In this document: piece by piece, positions 38,570 through 53,853 of the stretch
How the letters are laid out: the number at the start of each line of letters is the position of its first letter
How positions within the stretch are numbered: position 1 is the first letter of the stretch
DNA from: Camelus ferus
Lineage: Eukaryota
Length of the DNA stretch: 64,000 nt
Assembly: GCF_009834535.1 (NCBI RefSeq)
Contig: NC_045697.1
Span: forward strand, 54,500,001-54,564,000
Reading direction: 5' to 3'
Notes under the pieces: generated by a model
The model's database searches: none
Seen by the model: the letters and a program-made list of their open reading frames with translations, nothing else
What the model was told of the DNA's origin: nothing
Made by a program: the position numbers and the translations under genes

Positions 38570-40639
38570 CTAAAGATGAAGACAAAAACAAAAACAAAAA
38601 AGAAAAGAAAAGTCATGAATGACTGTTAGCATTAATACATTTATTGACTTCAAATAACTTCAGAATTTCATATGATTGTTTTATAAAACTCAAAATACGT
38701 AAGCCATCAAAACCCAGCAAGATTGACAAAATGCATGTTCTTCTATTGAAGCACATTGCTTTAAGAAAACAGTTGTATTTTTAAACCACTTAAAATCAGT
38801 TAAAAGGAAGAAACAATTCATTTTCCTTTTGGCTTTGAATTATTAATGTGTATTTGTTGTGAAATATTTCAATACTGTTTTCTTTTATCAGAAGACAGAA
38901 GTACATAGCTTTAGTGTATTTGCTTATTGTACAAATTTACTTAACTCAAAAAGATTTAAATGTTAGCACACTTATTTCTGCAGTATTTCAATTCATAGTT
39001 ACTCCCCCACTGGTATTTAACCCTGACTGGCTTTAAGTTTGGGGCAACCAGGTAGGACCAATACAGTTACTTCCAATTACCTTATTAGTTAGTAAGTTAC
39101 CTTAGAAGCTTTCAATTCATAGCTCTAAATACTACTAATACAACCAACATTTATTAAGTGCTTATAAGTGGCAGCTACTGTTCTAAGTATTTCATACGTA
39201 TTAACTGATTCAATCTTCATGGCAACTACACAAAAGTTACTTTTTAAAAAGAATTTTTACAGTGTTCATTTAACAGATACTTATTGAGTGCCTTTATGTG
39301 CTGGTCACTATTCCATGTACTGGTTTACACTAGAGAACAAAACAAAAATCCTAATTCTCATAGGGGTTAGAGTCTAGCAAGGAACAATAAATTATAAACA
39401 TAACCGTGAGTACATGTTACGGTGTCAGATGGAAATAAAAGAAACTAAAATATAGAGCAGGGTTAAGAGAGATTAGGAATGCCATTCGGGCTCATGGGAG
39501 GGGAAAAGAATTGCAGTTTTTATGAAGTGGTCCATGTAGGCCTCAGTCAGAGGGTTACATCTCAGTTAAGACTTCAGAGGGAAGAATCCAAGGCAATAAA
39601 GAGATTAAGTAGGTTGCCTATGATTATACACTAACAAATAAAATAGTCACGCAAACTTAGGTCTCTGACCCCAATCTTGTGCTCTAAACCAGCACATCAG
39701 AATCATCTAGAGAGCTTGACTAAAATGCAGATTCTGAGGCCCAGGTTAGGAGTGGGGCCTTAGTAGATTCCTGGTAGATGAAAGCTTAATGACCAATGCT
39801 TTCAAGGTCAACTCCAACTATACCCTATTTAATGGCAAGTTATTCTCTTTCTGTTGTAGTTGTGGGTTGACTTTAAATGGCTCACTTTCAATGCCAATTC
39901 AAAAAAAATTTTTTTTTCTATGTAGGTGCTGAGTATATAGCAGTGAGTTTAACAAACAGATCTCTGCCTATTTGGAGATTAGAGTTTTATGAGATTTATT
40001 TCATATATCACAAATTGTGTGCACCTAATATGCAGTTCTCATTCAAATTTTCTAATTGTCTTGAAATGCTCTCTATAGCTTTTGTTCTGTTTTCTGATCC
40101 AGTATCCAATCCAGGATCACACACTGCATTTAGCTGTCATGACTCCATAATCTCCATAAATAGGAACAGGTGTCCAGTCTTTCTTTGGCTTTCGTTACAC
40201 TGGTATTTTTGAAGAGCTTAGGCCAATTGCCTTGCAGAATGTCTCTCAATTTGTTGAAATGTGAATTTGTCTGATTCAATGGTTCCACACATATATCATG
40301 TTGGATAGGTCTCAGAATCATCTGGGAACTCAGTGAATGCCAAGTCCCTGAGTGCCAATTCAAGAACAACTTTCTAAAAACACCAGGTGGGATCTCTGAC
40401 TTTCTCAGAGGACAGCAGTATATGGTTTCAAAGTGCTTGTCTACTAAACAAGTGAACATGCTTTTTCAAATCTCTGTTTAGGAAACTATAGTTCTTGGCA
40501 AAGGCAGGAAATATTAACAAAGTATAAGCCTTGGCTGCTCCTCTTATAATTCCTCTTTACCTCAGCCACCAGGTTTAGAAAAGCTGAATGCTATTTATAA
40601 CCGGAACTTGTTTCAGACTAATTTCTGCTTCTCACTCAC

Positions 40640-40753
40640 CTTCAAGTGCACTTCCTCTTTTGGCAAAACAAGGGTGAATTTTGCACAATTCTTTTCAGTT
40701 GAATTCTGGTCAGCAAGGCATGTGAGGTCTATTATGTCTAACTTGTCAACATA
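40640..40753 (-). CDS. STAP1: STAP1 coding exon 3 (PH)
   Basis: TGCAG acceptor, GTGAGT donor; 114 nt; [38 protein letters not shown]. Confidence 0.95.
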
Positions 40754-40929
40754 CTGCAAAGATACAGGGAAATCTCAATTATTTCATGGGTAACATACGT
40801 TAGTTCTAGCAGGAAGGACAATTGGTAATATCTTCCTTTCAAGTTACTTGTACCTGGTGTGATACCCTGGTTTGCAGCTGGGCATCACACCCCTTCCCAA
40901 TCCAGAGGGCATTTGGAAATGTATTTTGC

Positions 40930-42122
40930 GGTGGTGGGTTTGATTAGCTCATACAGGTTTGCAAAAGCCAATTGTTAAATTTTCAGCAGTTTTGAAAGAT
41001 GCTTGTTAAACATGGCCATTATTAAAAATTAAATTAAATAAACATACAAGTAAATAAATTATATTAACAACAGGTAATTAGAATTCAAAACATCATTTTC
41101 TGGTTATATTACTGCATAGCACTCTCTAAGCTCTTGTGTTTATTTATGTCTTCATTTCTGTGAAAATATTATACACTAGAATACTGTGCTTCTGTACCTG
41201 TCTTTCCAACCCCATGTTCAGTGAGGTAACATTGATAGGTTGAAATTGGCCATGGTGGGAGTATTTACACCATGGAAAATGACAAATCTTACAAATTACA
41301 AATTAGGGCTTGATTTATTGTTTTGTTAAGTGTCCAAGGGGCCAGCAAACTTTTCTGCAAAGGCTAAACAGTAAATGTGTTAGGCTTTGAGGACCACATG
41401 CAGTCTTGTTGCAAATTCTTGTTCCTTTTTTTCTTTAACAACACTTTAAAAATGTAAAAGAAAAACATTCTGAGCTCACAGACTGTATAAAATCAGGCGG
41501 CAGGCTAAATTTGGCCCAAGGGCTACATTTTGCTGGCCTGCGGTCTGGACTCTAGGAAGTAAAGAGGAAAATATTAATAATGCAGATGAAATTTTAAAGT
41601 TTGTTGTGTCTGAAGCTTTTTAATTGTAAACAGAACATAAAAATGATAAAATATTCTTCCATAATTCAAAAATTATCTCATTTAGCGAAGAAGTTGCTCA
41701 TATCATTACAAATAGGTGACATTCTGACATACATAATTGTTGCTTTACTTTCATTAATGTAAACAAAACCATTGGCCAAACTTCATGTCAAATATGTTTA
41801 ATGACAATACAATAATGTTAGTAGGGAAACAGCAGATTGGAAAACAACTCCATTTATCAAATCATGATGAATTGCAGTCATAGTTGGCTACAGATACAGG
41901 TTTAGAAAAATCAGCAGAAGTATTCTGTAAGAATTAATTGCCTGCATGGAAATTACAGTAAAGAATATTGTGTATTTTATTTTTTAAACTGTATACTATA
42001 CATTCTTTATATCAGTAATATTTATAATAATATTATAATATACATATAATAATATGTATATATGTGTATATATTCATACATTTTTTCAGAAAGTCATTGT
42101 TCATCGTTTACCATATGCCACG
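40930..42122. mobile_element. MER63-like hAT-Blackjack element with nested MER58-like MITE (about 41335-41542)
   Basis: GCCAATTGTTAAATTTTCAG and TGAAATTGGCCATGGTGGGAGTATTTACACCA match recalled MER63; CAGCAAACTTTTCTGCAAAGG...TTAGGCTTTG matches MER58. Confidence 0.75.
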
Positions 42123-44104
42123 GGTTATGAGGATCCTATTAAGAAATTCCTATATTATTCCAGTATAATAAAAATATTTCTTTTGAGCAATTGGCCTATA
42201 TGAATTGGTCTGTATGCAACTGGTCAGACTTGCTCTGTAGTATAGAAAGATTAGGACCATCTCTAGTAAATGTAGTAGGGTTTTTATGGTGTAATTTTTT
42301 GCTAAATCAGCCTCTTTCTTGACTTCTTTTTATCTCCTTTCATTTTACTCTCTATTATGCCCAATATAACCTATTTACTCTATTCTTGTGAATATGATTC
42401 TTTTATTTTCTGAATAAGGTAAGGCATAAAAAATAAGTAAATAATTTTGTTTCCAGAGCAATTCCTATATTGGTGAGGCTGAGGGTAAGTTTGAGTTGAC
42501 CTATTTCTTTTTTTTTAATACTCTCCCTGCCTTTAAATATTTTTTTCTTTAAAAATATTTCTTCAATAACAAAAAGCAATTAAAAATGGAAAGAGAGATA
42601 TAAGGGAAAGGGGACAAAATTTTAAATTACACAAGAATCTTTTTCTGATAAATTGTCTAGGTTAAGCTAAGTGAATTTTTCTAAGATAAAGGAGGAAGCA
42701 ACAAAGGAAGAAGTGGAGGAGTTAGATAGGGTGCCATAAGCTGATCTGTTGATTAGAAGAAAGGAAGTCATATCTTTGTGTTTTTAATTGTAGTGCTGAA
42801 AGAGCCTTAAAGGTCATCTGTCTAATCTAGCTGCCTTCTGTTGCTTGAATCTCCCCCAGGGTATCCCTTCATGCAGTCATCCAGCCTATACTGGAACATC
42901 TTGAACAACATGGAACTCACAGTCTGCCTAAAGACCAGGCTCTCAGTCACTAAGCTGCACCTCCTCTTGCCATGTACTGGGTGAATAATTACCATTAACT
43001 CTCTCACATGTGTGTATTTTACAAGGTTTAGACTAAGGTCTTTTATATTTTCGCTGACATCAGTGGGAAGCTGGAAGGCACAACAAAGAAATTAATTTTG
43101 TTAAAATTTCTTATGGTATTTGAAACCACCTTTATATAAATCTTGTCTATCCAGAACTCTGATGAAAGATGACCATTTTAACTTTGTTTTCTGTTTGTTT
43201 TCATAAATGACTTCTGGTTAGTTTACCAATAATGGTGCTGAAATGCCTGCAGGTGAACACATCATACAGGCTCTTTTGCTGTATCTTTCATTAGATCTGA
43301 TCAAGTAATAAAGATGTCCTAAGATGTGTGGGCTACTGCATCCATGGTCTAAAGTGTTTATATTTCAACAGGTTACTGAATCATAAAATCTCTTAAAAGC
43401 ATAGCATTCCAAGCTAGGCATGCATTTGCTACTAAAATGCTACATTTTATTTGTACAAAAGAAAAAAGAAATACATAGTTTTCAATTTTTTTGGACAAAT
43501 TGAGATATAAATCAATTTTTTAAAATTAATACAAATAAATTATCTCAATCTCTTTATTGTTACACTCATGCTTGAGCTCTTAGAAGTCGTTTCATGGGGT
43601 ATGTTTGTATCTTTCTAGAAAAATTAAATTGTGACATATTGTATGTTATAAGCTTTGGGGATCATCTAGTTCCCTTCAGATTATAACTGCATGCTACAGC
43701 AAGATTAAAAGTAGGGAAAATTAAAGCTATTACCTGGTATTAGGCAATATGAATCCAGATGTCCTGCTAAAGTTTTCACTTTTCAACTAAGTTTTTATTA
43801 ACAGGATCAGCAAGGGAAGAATGCAAAATTAAAAACATGAATTAATGCCTTCTTCTGAGTTACCCAGGAGATTTTACCATGGGTCTTGGAATTGATATCC
43901 CTCACAGATACAAATTTAAAAAAAAAAATCTACCCATTGTACATTTTTGAAAGTTTTAAAAAAATCTTTTGGGGGGAGGGAGGCAAATTTCTTACTTAAG
44001 TTGGTATACTGGAACATCTTTACTCTTGGAAGACAGTGAATAATAAACTATACGACAAGTTGTGTATAGGGAAAAAATTAAATCAGCTGAACATGTCTAC
44101 TTAC

Positions 44105-44176
44105 TATTGTACTTTTTTTGTCGGTATAAAAGAAAAGTGTAGTTCCTCTCAACTCTGTCCAATAATGTTTATACTC
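44105..44176 (-). CDS. STAP1: STAP1 coding exon 2 (PH)
   Basis: CTGCAG acceptor, GTAAGT donor; 72 nt; [24 protein letters not shown]. Confidence 0.95.
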
Positions 44177-45384
44177 CTGCAGGAAAGAAATTATAAGCAT
44201 TATTTCCTTAGTGTATATTCAACTATTTTCCTCTTGATACTTCCCTTTGTAACTTTCTTAATTGCTGTGTGGTATAAGTTTCCTTTTTACTATAAGATAA
44301 ATCACCCACTTTTTATGGCTTAATGTAACATTTAATTCTTGGTTAAATCCTTCACAAATGTATTTTAGTATGAGGTGTGATGTGGGGTTGTAATTTGATC
44401 TGTGTTTAAGTAGATCATTTTCCAAAACTTTCCTCATTAAGATGCTTGACTTTTTATGCAGTTTCAGTGGAACCTTGCACCTGTAAGAGGGGCCTGTATA
44501 AGGGGCCAGGTTAAGACAAGCATTTAGTATCTTCCTTCCAAGACAGTTGAAAGGACTGAGTGAAATACACATAAATCACTTAGCACAGTACATGGTTCAT
44601 AGTTTAGGTTTAATAAACAGAATATATATTTATATAGGTCAAAGAAATATGAGCAATTGATAATGATAAAAATAACAATCAAAACTGAACTTTGAAGTTC
44701 AAATTTCATTCATGTGGTGAACATTTCATTATTAATACATTCACATTATTATGAGTTCTATAGAAATACAATTTTTTAAGTTTAAAATATTTAAATTACC
44801 CAGTCAGACACTCACTCAAGTGAAAGGCTACCTAGATAAGAACTTACATTCTATGAAGATTGGCTGTATTACAAAAGAAGGGTAAGCGGATTTTAAGAAT
44901 ACAAGAAAATTCTTCCACATATAAAGACTTACCATCATACTCAGCTCTTTGCAAAAGTATGTTTTAAAAACCTCCAGTCAGTTTCATAGAAATGTTGATC
45001 ATTCCTTCCTTTAGAGTTTAATAAGCTGAATTTTCGTAACATGTTGGATTGTCTTGACTTACATTGACGATTAATGTAAGAAAATCATAAGAAATGTTTT
45101 TCTTTTGCTTATAAATATGAAGACACTTATATATTATGATATTTTGTGTTTTTTTAATACTGTCATATCATTTATCCTTCTTTTGACCAGCAAAATATTT
45201 GTCACCTCTTCAGAATTTATATATTTATTTTCTCAAATAATGGGAATTCTATAACCCGTCTTACTTTTATTTTCCTTGGCTCTCATGAAGCCCAAGATTA
45301 AATTCACTCTGAATTATAGCAAGCATCTTTCTCATGTTCTTAATAGAACTATTTCCTTCTTTTGTTTTCATGGTGGATAAGGTG

Positions 45385-46590
45385 CTATATTAGTTAGTTT
45401 TTGTGGTGTAACAAGCCACCCTAAAGCATGTGGAGTAAAACAGCAAATATTACCTATTTCTCATCATTCTGTGGCTGGCTGATGATTCTCTGGATCTGGG
45501 TATATTTGGCTGTGGCTGAATGGTCTAGGGTGCCCTCACTCACTTGACTGGGGTTTCAGCTGGGAATGGAGAGTGAGTGTGTGTAGTATAATAAAAAGTA
45601 TATTTAGTCTTAGTCCCCAAGTTCCTGGCATAGAGATCCTAAAACACTTAGAATTTTCTAAGTGATAGGAGTGTCTTTATTATTCACAATGAGCCCCGTT
45701 ACATCATACTTGAATTTATACTAATGATGTAACTTAGGATGGGATCCCTAAATAGCTTCAGGATAGGTCTGGTCACCAAAAGAACAAATGATTAAAGGGT
45801 TGGAACTGTCAGCCCCACCCATCAACCTTCAGGAAGAAGGAGGGAGTGGGCCTGAAGATTAAGCTTTATAAAAACCTTGAACAGCAAGATTTGATGAGCT
45901 TCCACATGCCAAAAGGGTGGTGTAGCTCATCTCCACAGAGACAGAAACACCTGGGCTCGGGACCCTTCCAGACCTTGCCCTCTTCATCTGGCTGTTCAAT
46001 TGTACCCCTTACCAGTAGATGTAAGCAAAGTGTCTTCCTGAGTTCTGTGAACCATTCTAGTAAATTATCAAATCTTATGAGGGAGTCATGGGAACCCCTG
46101 ATTTATCGCCAGTCAGTCAGAAGCACAGGAGGTCTGGGACTTGTGACTAGTGACTGAAGTAGTGGGCAGTCTTGTGGACTCAGCTCTTAACTAAGCTGTG
46201 GGGTCTGCCCTAAATTTGGGTAGGTAGTTAGTATCAAAATTGAACTGAATTGTTGAATACCCAGTTGATGTCCAGAGAATCAGAGAATTGATGGAAAACA
46301 CCCCAGTGAGACAACTGGAGTCGTACTCCGTGTGGTTTCACCTTCCAGTCAGCTGACCTAGACTTGTTCACGTGCTGGCAGAAGGATGCCAAGGAACAAA
46401 ACAGGGCAAAACCCACTGTGCAAGCACTGTATAATCCTCTGCTTTTGTCACATTTGCCAAAGCATGACCCAGTCCAAATTCAAGGGGCAGAACAATAGAC
46501 ACAACTTCTTTATGGAAAGAGCAGAAAAGTCACATTTCCAAGTGCATACAGCAAGCCTTGAACAAATTGATAGTAGTCCTGCAGCAATCT
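45385..46590. mobile_element. MLT1 LTR (- strand) split by a MER21-like LTR (about 45582-46305)
   Basis: MLT1 antisense end at 45385-45565 resumes at about 46310; insert carries GTTCCTGGCATAGAGATCCTAAAAC and TTCCTGAGTTCTGTGAACCATTCTAGTAAATTATC. Confidence 0.7.
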
Positions 46591-49500
46591 ACCTCAGGGA
46601 CAGAGTTGGAACTTGGGGTAAGGTTTCCCTGTCCAAGCCCTGTGGTCGTTCCACTTCATCCTACCTCCCAACAGAGAGCTGGCGATAATGTAATGTAATG
46701 AACCTGCTGATGCCTCCTGAACCAATTACAGATTACCGAAGAAAAGGACAATTTAAAAGGGCATAGGATTAAAGGATTGGACATAGATGGTCCCCAAAGA
46801 AGCAATTATAAAACTGGGCAGAGTTTCTTCCTCTTGTCTGAAATCCAGATGCCAATATATACCTGACACCTCTCGGAGTCAAGCAGTTTAATAAGGCAAG
46901 AGAACAAACCTTAATTTCAACCCCATCAGAAGTCTTTTTTCCCTTTTATTTTCATATGGAATGCATAGTGTTAACAGCATTAAAATAGCCCTTTTCCTGG
47001 TTTCTCCGCTGCTTTCTTTCACCCCACTTTATTCCACACAGTACTCCTCGAGGGAATTATCTCCTCCACAGAGAGTAGGGCTGAGAAATGTGTGAGTTTA
47101 GAAGGCAGTATGCTCAGATCAATCCCTTCCTGTCCTATTCAGCCTACCAGGACAGAGTGGGCATTCTGCTCTGTTCCCTGCCATGTGGCAAAGGACCTCC
47201 AAGAGAGGCAGGCTGTGGCTCTTAAACTGAGTCAGTGATTCAAAGTACTACCTAAGTGACTCAATGCTACCTAAATCTGAGGTAAAGTATTAGCACAGTT
47301 TTGGCCTTAAATCTAAACCATATATTGATAGATTTTATTAATAATAAAAGTAATGAATTGATCTTCATTTGTGTGATTCCTATGTCTTGATTTTCACCTG
47401 CTTTCAAACTAGGGAGAGGAAAAATCCCAACAAATGGGTATAAAAATGTATAGGGCAGGGGACATGTGTGTAACTGCTAATAGAGTTTCTTTTTAGAATG
47501 ATGGAAATGATCTAGAACCAGATAGTGGTGATGGCTGCACAACTTTATGAATATATTAAAAGCCACTGAATTGTAAGAATAAGTTCAATGTTAAAGGACC
47601 AAGAATAGAAGTAGGGAAACCAGCCTCCTGCTATTGCCTCATAGAGTTGCTGTTGAAGATTGAATTGAATAGTCATGTATGGAAAGTACATAGGACCAGT
47701 GACATAGCAAGGGTTCCATAAATGTTGACCAGTGGAGGGTGGGGAAAGCATGGCCTCATCACTCACATTATTGACAGATGCTTCACATTTTTTATTATCC
47801 ATATAATAGTACTCTTTCCACATGGTGATTTGTATGTGTATGTGACAATGGTGGCATCTAAAAATCTCTAAAGCAGATCTCTTTCAGTGAGATTATGTAC
47901 AAGAAGGAGAAGATATTTTGTAAACCAGAATAGTGAAATCCATTGTCACTTCTATATAAAATCACCCTTTCATTATTGTCTTAATATATTGAAAACTGCA
48001 TTGAGAAAGTTGGCTTGAAAAGTTGTTAACCTATACTGTTTGTTTACAGAACAAGCAGGTGTTCTGGAAAAACCATGAAAGTGTCTAGTCACTCTGAAAA
48101 ATACATGAACTTTCTCAGAATGACTTGAGATTAAATAATAAAATAATTCAAATTTATCTTGGAGCTTTTTAAAAAACATGACTCTCTCTTTCAGGCTTTC
48201 ACATCCTGCTCTAGAGGTAAGTCTCTGAATGCAAGGAGGAAGTCAAGGCTACACTGTATTTTGGAACTAGGATGGGATGAGAGAGAGTGGGAAGGAGATT
48301 GGAATGTAGGCATATTGGTTAGAGAACTTAATCACAGGTTTTGTGGTTTTACTGAAGTATGACATCCAAGATCAAGTCCAAACCTGAGAGTCTATGATTC
48401 TTGAAGGAAAAGAAAGCAAGAGAAAGCTCTACAGTTAAAGTCTACCACTCTGTTCATCTTCTTAAATAGCCTCACTAGTATTAACTTGCCATAAGACAGA
48501 AAAACTAAAATCACTAATAGCAGTCAAGGTTTATTGCATTCCCTCTGTGTGTACATGCAGACGTGCATCTGTACTCTTGAGATAAATTATAGAGGTGTTC
48601 AGTCATGAGAGAATTCTATGAATTGGGTAGAATTAATGAGGCAAAAAGGAGTTTTATGGTAAACAAATATATAGATTCATAGAAAAGAATAAGGAGGGTT
48701 TATTAGATTGGGAAAGAAGCAAGAAGAAAGGCATTAAGCTGAGAAAAAGGCAGCGTGGAAGTAAAGTAAGATTAAAAATATCAGTAGGCCCTGTGAACGC
48801 CAACCACAGCCACAAACCTAACAATAGATCAAACTTACGTTCAGTGTGCAGAGACCTGCCAGTCACAGTCTTGATTTAGTTTCTGATAAGTGCTCCTGAA
48901 AACCAGTATAATCTGAGTCATCTATAAATATCAAACTCAATGATCAACATCTAGGTATATATTTATATCTACAGAGATACATAAATATTTTAAAAATTAA
49001 CTTTGAAGGACACATTTTTGAATGAAATACATTTAACATAAAGTTTCTTACTTTTAAGCAGTCATTTGTGTTCAGTTGCTGAAGTAAGAAAAACACTGAA
49101 ATGGGACTTTTGGATTTATCACTAGCTTTGTAATCATTAGATGACTTTGTATTTTGACTTTAAGGTCATAATCTCATTTTTCTTCAATTAAACAAGAATT
49201 TTTCAAAGTCTGCTGAGCTCACTGTTGAGCTCAATGTGATAAAGAATCTAGTGACTAGACATTCCTAACGTTTGGAAACCGACCATCAAAATGAAATTAG
49301 ACTTTAGTTTGAAAGGCAGCATGATGTCAAAGTCTTTGCAATAAAATCCAAGCTAGACTCTTTAATGATGAGAAATCTTGAACATAAATTCTGTGAGCAA
49401 CAACTCACTCATCTGTGAAGTGTATAAAATAATTTCTACCTGGAAGAGTTACTGTGAGATCAGAGTGACAGGACATTAAGAGCTTAGCATGGTATCTTCC

Positions 49501-50870
49501 ATACGTCAACACCTCAAGAAAATATACCCCTTTTTATGTAGTCCATTTGATCACTACAGCAACCCCTTCAGTTACTCAAAAGTGTATCCATTTTACAAAA
49601 CAGGAAACATATTAAAAGATTTGAAGGAATTGCCCAAGTTCTGCAGTAAGACTGATACTTCTGTCTCCTTGCCCCAGTAAAAAGCTCCCATTCTTTTTCT
49701 TGTGAGTAAAGTGCCTTTGCTTAAGGACGAATGTTGTATAGTGGTCTCCAAAGTGGAGCACATAAACCCCAGAGGCATACAAGGTGATCCCATTGGGGAA
49801 GAAACTTTTAGAATGTCTCATTATATTTCATTTATTTCATCTTTTTAATTCCTTTTTTGCATATAGTTAATAATTTGTTTGGAGGATTAGTATAAAAAAC
49901 TCACATATAATTTCTAAATAAATTAATATTCTTGTATTAGAGGTCTGTGCTCAAAAATGTTTTCTTGAAAGGAGTGTCTTATTTTAAAAAATTGGAGATT
50001 ACTAGCATAGAGAACTATGTTTGAGAGCACAATAGAAATAGCCCTGAAATGTTTCAAATAGAATTAGTGGCAATTAGAAGACTAGTCAGAGAAATGTTCT
50101 TTTGGTGTTATTGTGATGACTGTATTCTGTGTCCAGACTAATAAGAGGACTTATTACACACAATGTTTTTAATGTTAGCACATCACAGATTGAAGAAACT
50201 ATGAGATGTTGCCCAAACTCTCTTCTTTTCAAATAGTTCCACAAAAAATGAGAATTTTCTCCATTTGGAAGAACTGTGATGCCATTGGTATCCCAGTGTG
50301 GAATTTAATAGCTTTTATTATTGAATAAACCTTCCCAATCAATCTAGAATTCTAGTGTTGTGGTTTAAGTAAATCTTTGCACATTATCTTTTCCATGAAG
50401 ATTGTGTACTTTTAATGAGTTCTTGACCTGGAATCCATGGACTTTTTGGCTCTGCATGTAAAATGGTGTATGTTAGCTCTTTTTCCTGGGGGCAAAGCTC
50501 CTTAGTTCTTAAAAGTGCGCAAAAACAGCTAAGAAATACCTCTCACCGTGTAATCTTCCTGTAGAACAGATTATTCCCCAGTTTTATTTTTTCTAGCTTA
50601 AATGTCCTGAATTCCTTCAGCAGAGAACTCACCGAACAATTCTGCAGAGCCTCCCAGCTTCTTCTAGCCCATAAGCTGGAAAGGTGACCTTCTTTATACC
50701 GTCGGCTCACCTCCATTTCAAAGATTCCCTGGCCCACTATTTTCCTTCACTTTTTCTCATCACTTCTACTTTCAAGCACTCTACTCATCACTGTAGCTCT
50801 CCTTTGAGCTGTGTTACTTGTGGATTCAAAACTGATTTTTGTATGTTAATAAGAATGTGATAGAAATAGA

Positions 50871-51105
50871 GGGATGGAGGAATAAATTAGGAGTTCAGAA
50901 TTTGCAGATACTACTATATATAAAATAGATAAACAACAAGGTCCTACTGTATAGCACAGGGAACTATATTCAATTTCTTATAATAGGCTATAATGAAAAA
51001 GAATATGAAAAGGAATATATATGTATAACTAAATCACTATGCTATACACCAGAAATTAATACATTATAAACTGATTTTATTATAATAAAAAATGTAATAA
51101 ATAAT
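50871..51105 (+). mobile_element. Artiodactyl-type L1 3' end
   Basis: ATAGATAAACAACAAGGTCCTACTGTATAGCACAGGGAACTATATTCAA plus A-rich tail. Confidence 0.85.
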
Positions 51106-52953
51106 AAAATGGAAGGAGAATGAATCTAATCTTTAGTGTGAACTGGGTGTTTTACATATATTATCCCTTCAATCCTTGAAACCACCCTGTTAGTAGACAT
51201 TACTGTTGTTCTCTTGTTCTTTTCCCTGACATATAAGTAAAAGATACTTTGCTATGAATTCAAGTGGAAACACAAGTTAATTTCATGAGAAATATTTACA
51301 CCTATTGTTTATTCCTTCCATTTCAAAGCATACTTTCTAAGAAAAGTTAGAGTAGCATTCAGGTGAGTCATTACTCCTTACTAAGCCAAGCCTCATGAAG
51401 GTAGGATCTTTGAGTTTTACTCATATTTTACAGAACTGAGTGTGATGCTTGGTGCACAAGAGGCACATTATAACACTCCTTAAATGAAGAAATTCATTAA
51501 ACATCTACTGTATCCCAGGCATTATACATTGGAGGTAAGTCATATTCTCTTCATTTTACAGTTGAGGAAATTGTGCCTCAAGAAGATTGAGTAACTTGTA
51601 TAAGATCACAGTCTGTAAATGGCCAAGCCATCAGGTAAAGACATATTTTATTGACACTCTGAAATTTTGTTTTTTCTGCTAACCGTACCAGTGGAATGCC
51701 TTTTTTAAACACTAAGAGGAGCCCAGTATCAGAAACAGTTATTGTAAATACTTTGGGGAAGAAATTCAATGAATAATCAAATTTAAATTATAATTTAGAA
51801 ATTTCTTTCTCCCTACTCCCCTTTCCTGGCAAAATGTAATAATGTAGCTAACCCATGGTAACAAGATTGAACTCATTTTAAAAAGCACATAGGATCAATC
51901 AAAAAATACTCCAGTGTAACTGACAAATATTACTATGTTATATATTTTTATGTTTAACACACATAACAGTACAAATTACCATGTCTTTACTCTCCAATAG
52001 TAAATGATCTGATTATATATGCAAGAAATATGAATATGTTATTATAGATATTTTTACCTACATAATTTTTTCTAAGCATTAATTAATCCTCAGAAAATGT
52101 TTTTGTCATTATTAAACATTTCTTATGGCATTCCTCAAAACACTTAAATTTTTCTAGTTTCAATTAATATTAAAATTTTACAAAATTTGGCCTAAGTTTA
52201 TGATTTCTTTTTTCTTTAGTAACACTTTCATGTTTCTCCAATTAATTTCAAATTATCCACAGTTAGTATTTCAAAAGCACTGATTTTTAACTAAGTATAA
52301 GTTTTCATTTTTACGTTTATAAAATACAAAATGCCTTGTGAGTTTCCTTAGTGAATATACTTATGTAGTTTAGTGTATATACTATGCATAGAGCAATCAA
52401 AGTATTATCTTTTAAAATCACTGTCTTGAACAGTCTTAGAACATATAACTATACATAATGTTAAACAGTATCAATTTTATCACTTCTATAATTTTTTTCA
52501 AGTTTATCATAAAAAATAATCTGATCATCATATGTAAACTTTAATCAACTGACAATAGTAGCAGAAGGTTTAATTTCAATCATAGTATTTTATCTTAATG
52601 GTACATGTCATCGTGGAAGCACAGTAGTAAACTGCAGAGAAAAATATATAGGAAAGATTTTATCTTACAAGCTAAATTCTTGTGATATTTAAATAAATTC
52701 CTTGGAAATTTAGGATTTTTTACATTAGTGGCTTAACATTAGAACCTTATATTATTATACATAATACACACATATATACACAAATGTGTTTAAGCCATAC
52801 ATTGTATTTAAATTATGAAAACTGAAAACCTGTTTCTGCCCTCAAGGAAGAGGGTTTAATCCCAGCAGAAACAAGAAGGCCCTAGTAACATCATATCACT
52901 ATGAAATAAATTTTATATTAAGACAGAAGCTTCTAGTTCAACATTGTCATCTA

Positions 52954-53260
<307 letters not shown>

Positions 53261-53538
53261 AGGCATAGGTCAACTCTGAGAGGGTTGTCTCTGAGAAAAC
53301 TACATGTGTTTAGAATTACAATAGCAAAATAAACAGAAGATTAACATCATCAGAGGATAAAAGGAACAGATGTGGAGATTATGGACTTTTCAAGGAAACA
53401 TCAAGGTCACATTTGTTTTCTTCCACTTTTTTTTGTTTATTGCTGTTCATTTTTATCCTCAGAAGACATGATTTGAATTAACTCCATTTCATTAAAAATT
53501 ACTTCATAGGATAATTTTGTTAAAACTATTTCTAAGTA

Positions 53539-53853
53539 TAGTTGGCCCTCTGTATTGACAGATTCCACATCTGTGGATTCAACCAACTACAGATAGAAAA
53601 TAATAGAAAAAAAAATTCAGAAATTTCCAAAGAGCAAAACTTGAATTTGCCATGCACTGGCAACTATTTTCATAGCATTTACATTGTATTAGGTATAATA
53701 AGTAATCTAGAGGTGATTTAGAGTACATGGGACAATGTGACACAGGCTATATGCAAATACTATGCCATTTTATATAAGGGACTTGAGCGTTCAAGGATTT
53801 GATATCTGCAAGGGTCCTGGAATTGATCCCCTGCTGATACTGAGGAATGACTA
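53539..53853. mobile_element. Tigger3/MER2-like TcMar MITE
   Basis: TIR-like ends AGTTGGCCCTCTGTAT and GATACTGAGGAATGACT, TA flanks, internal TGTGGATTCAACCAAC. Confidence 0.8.
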
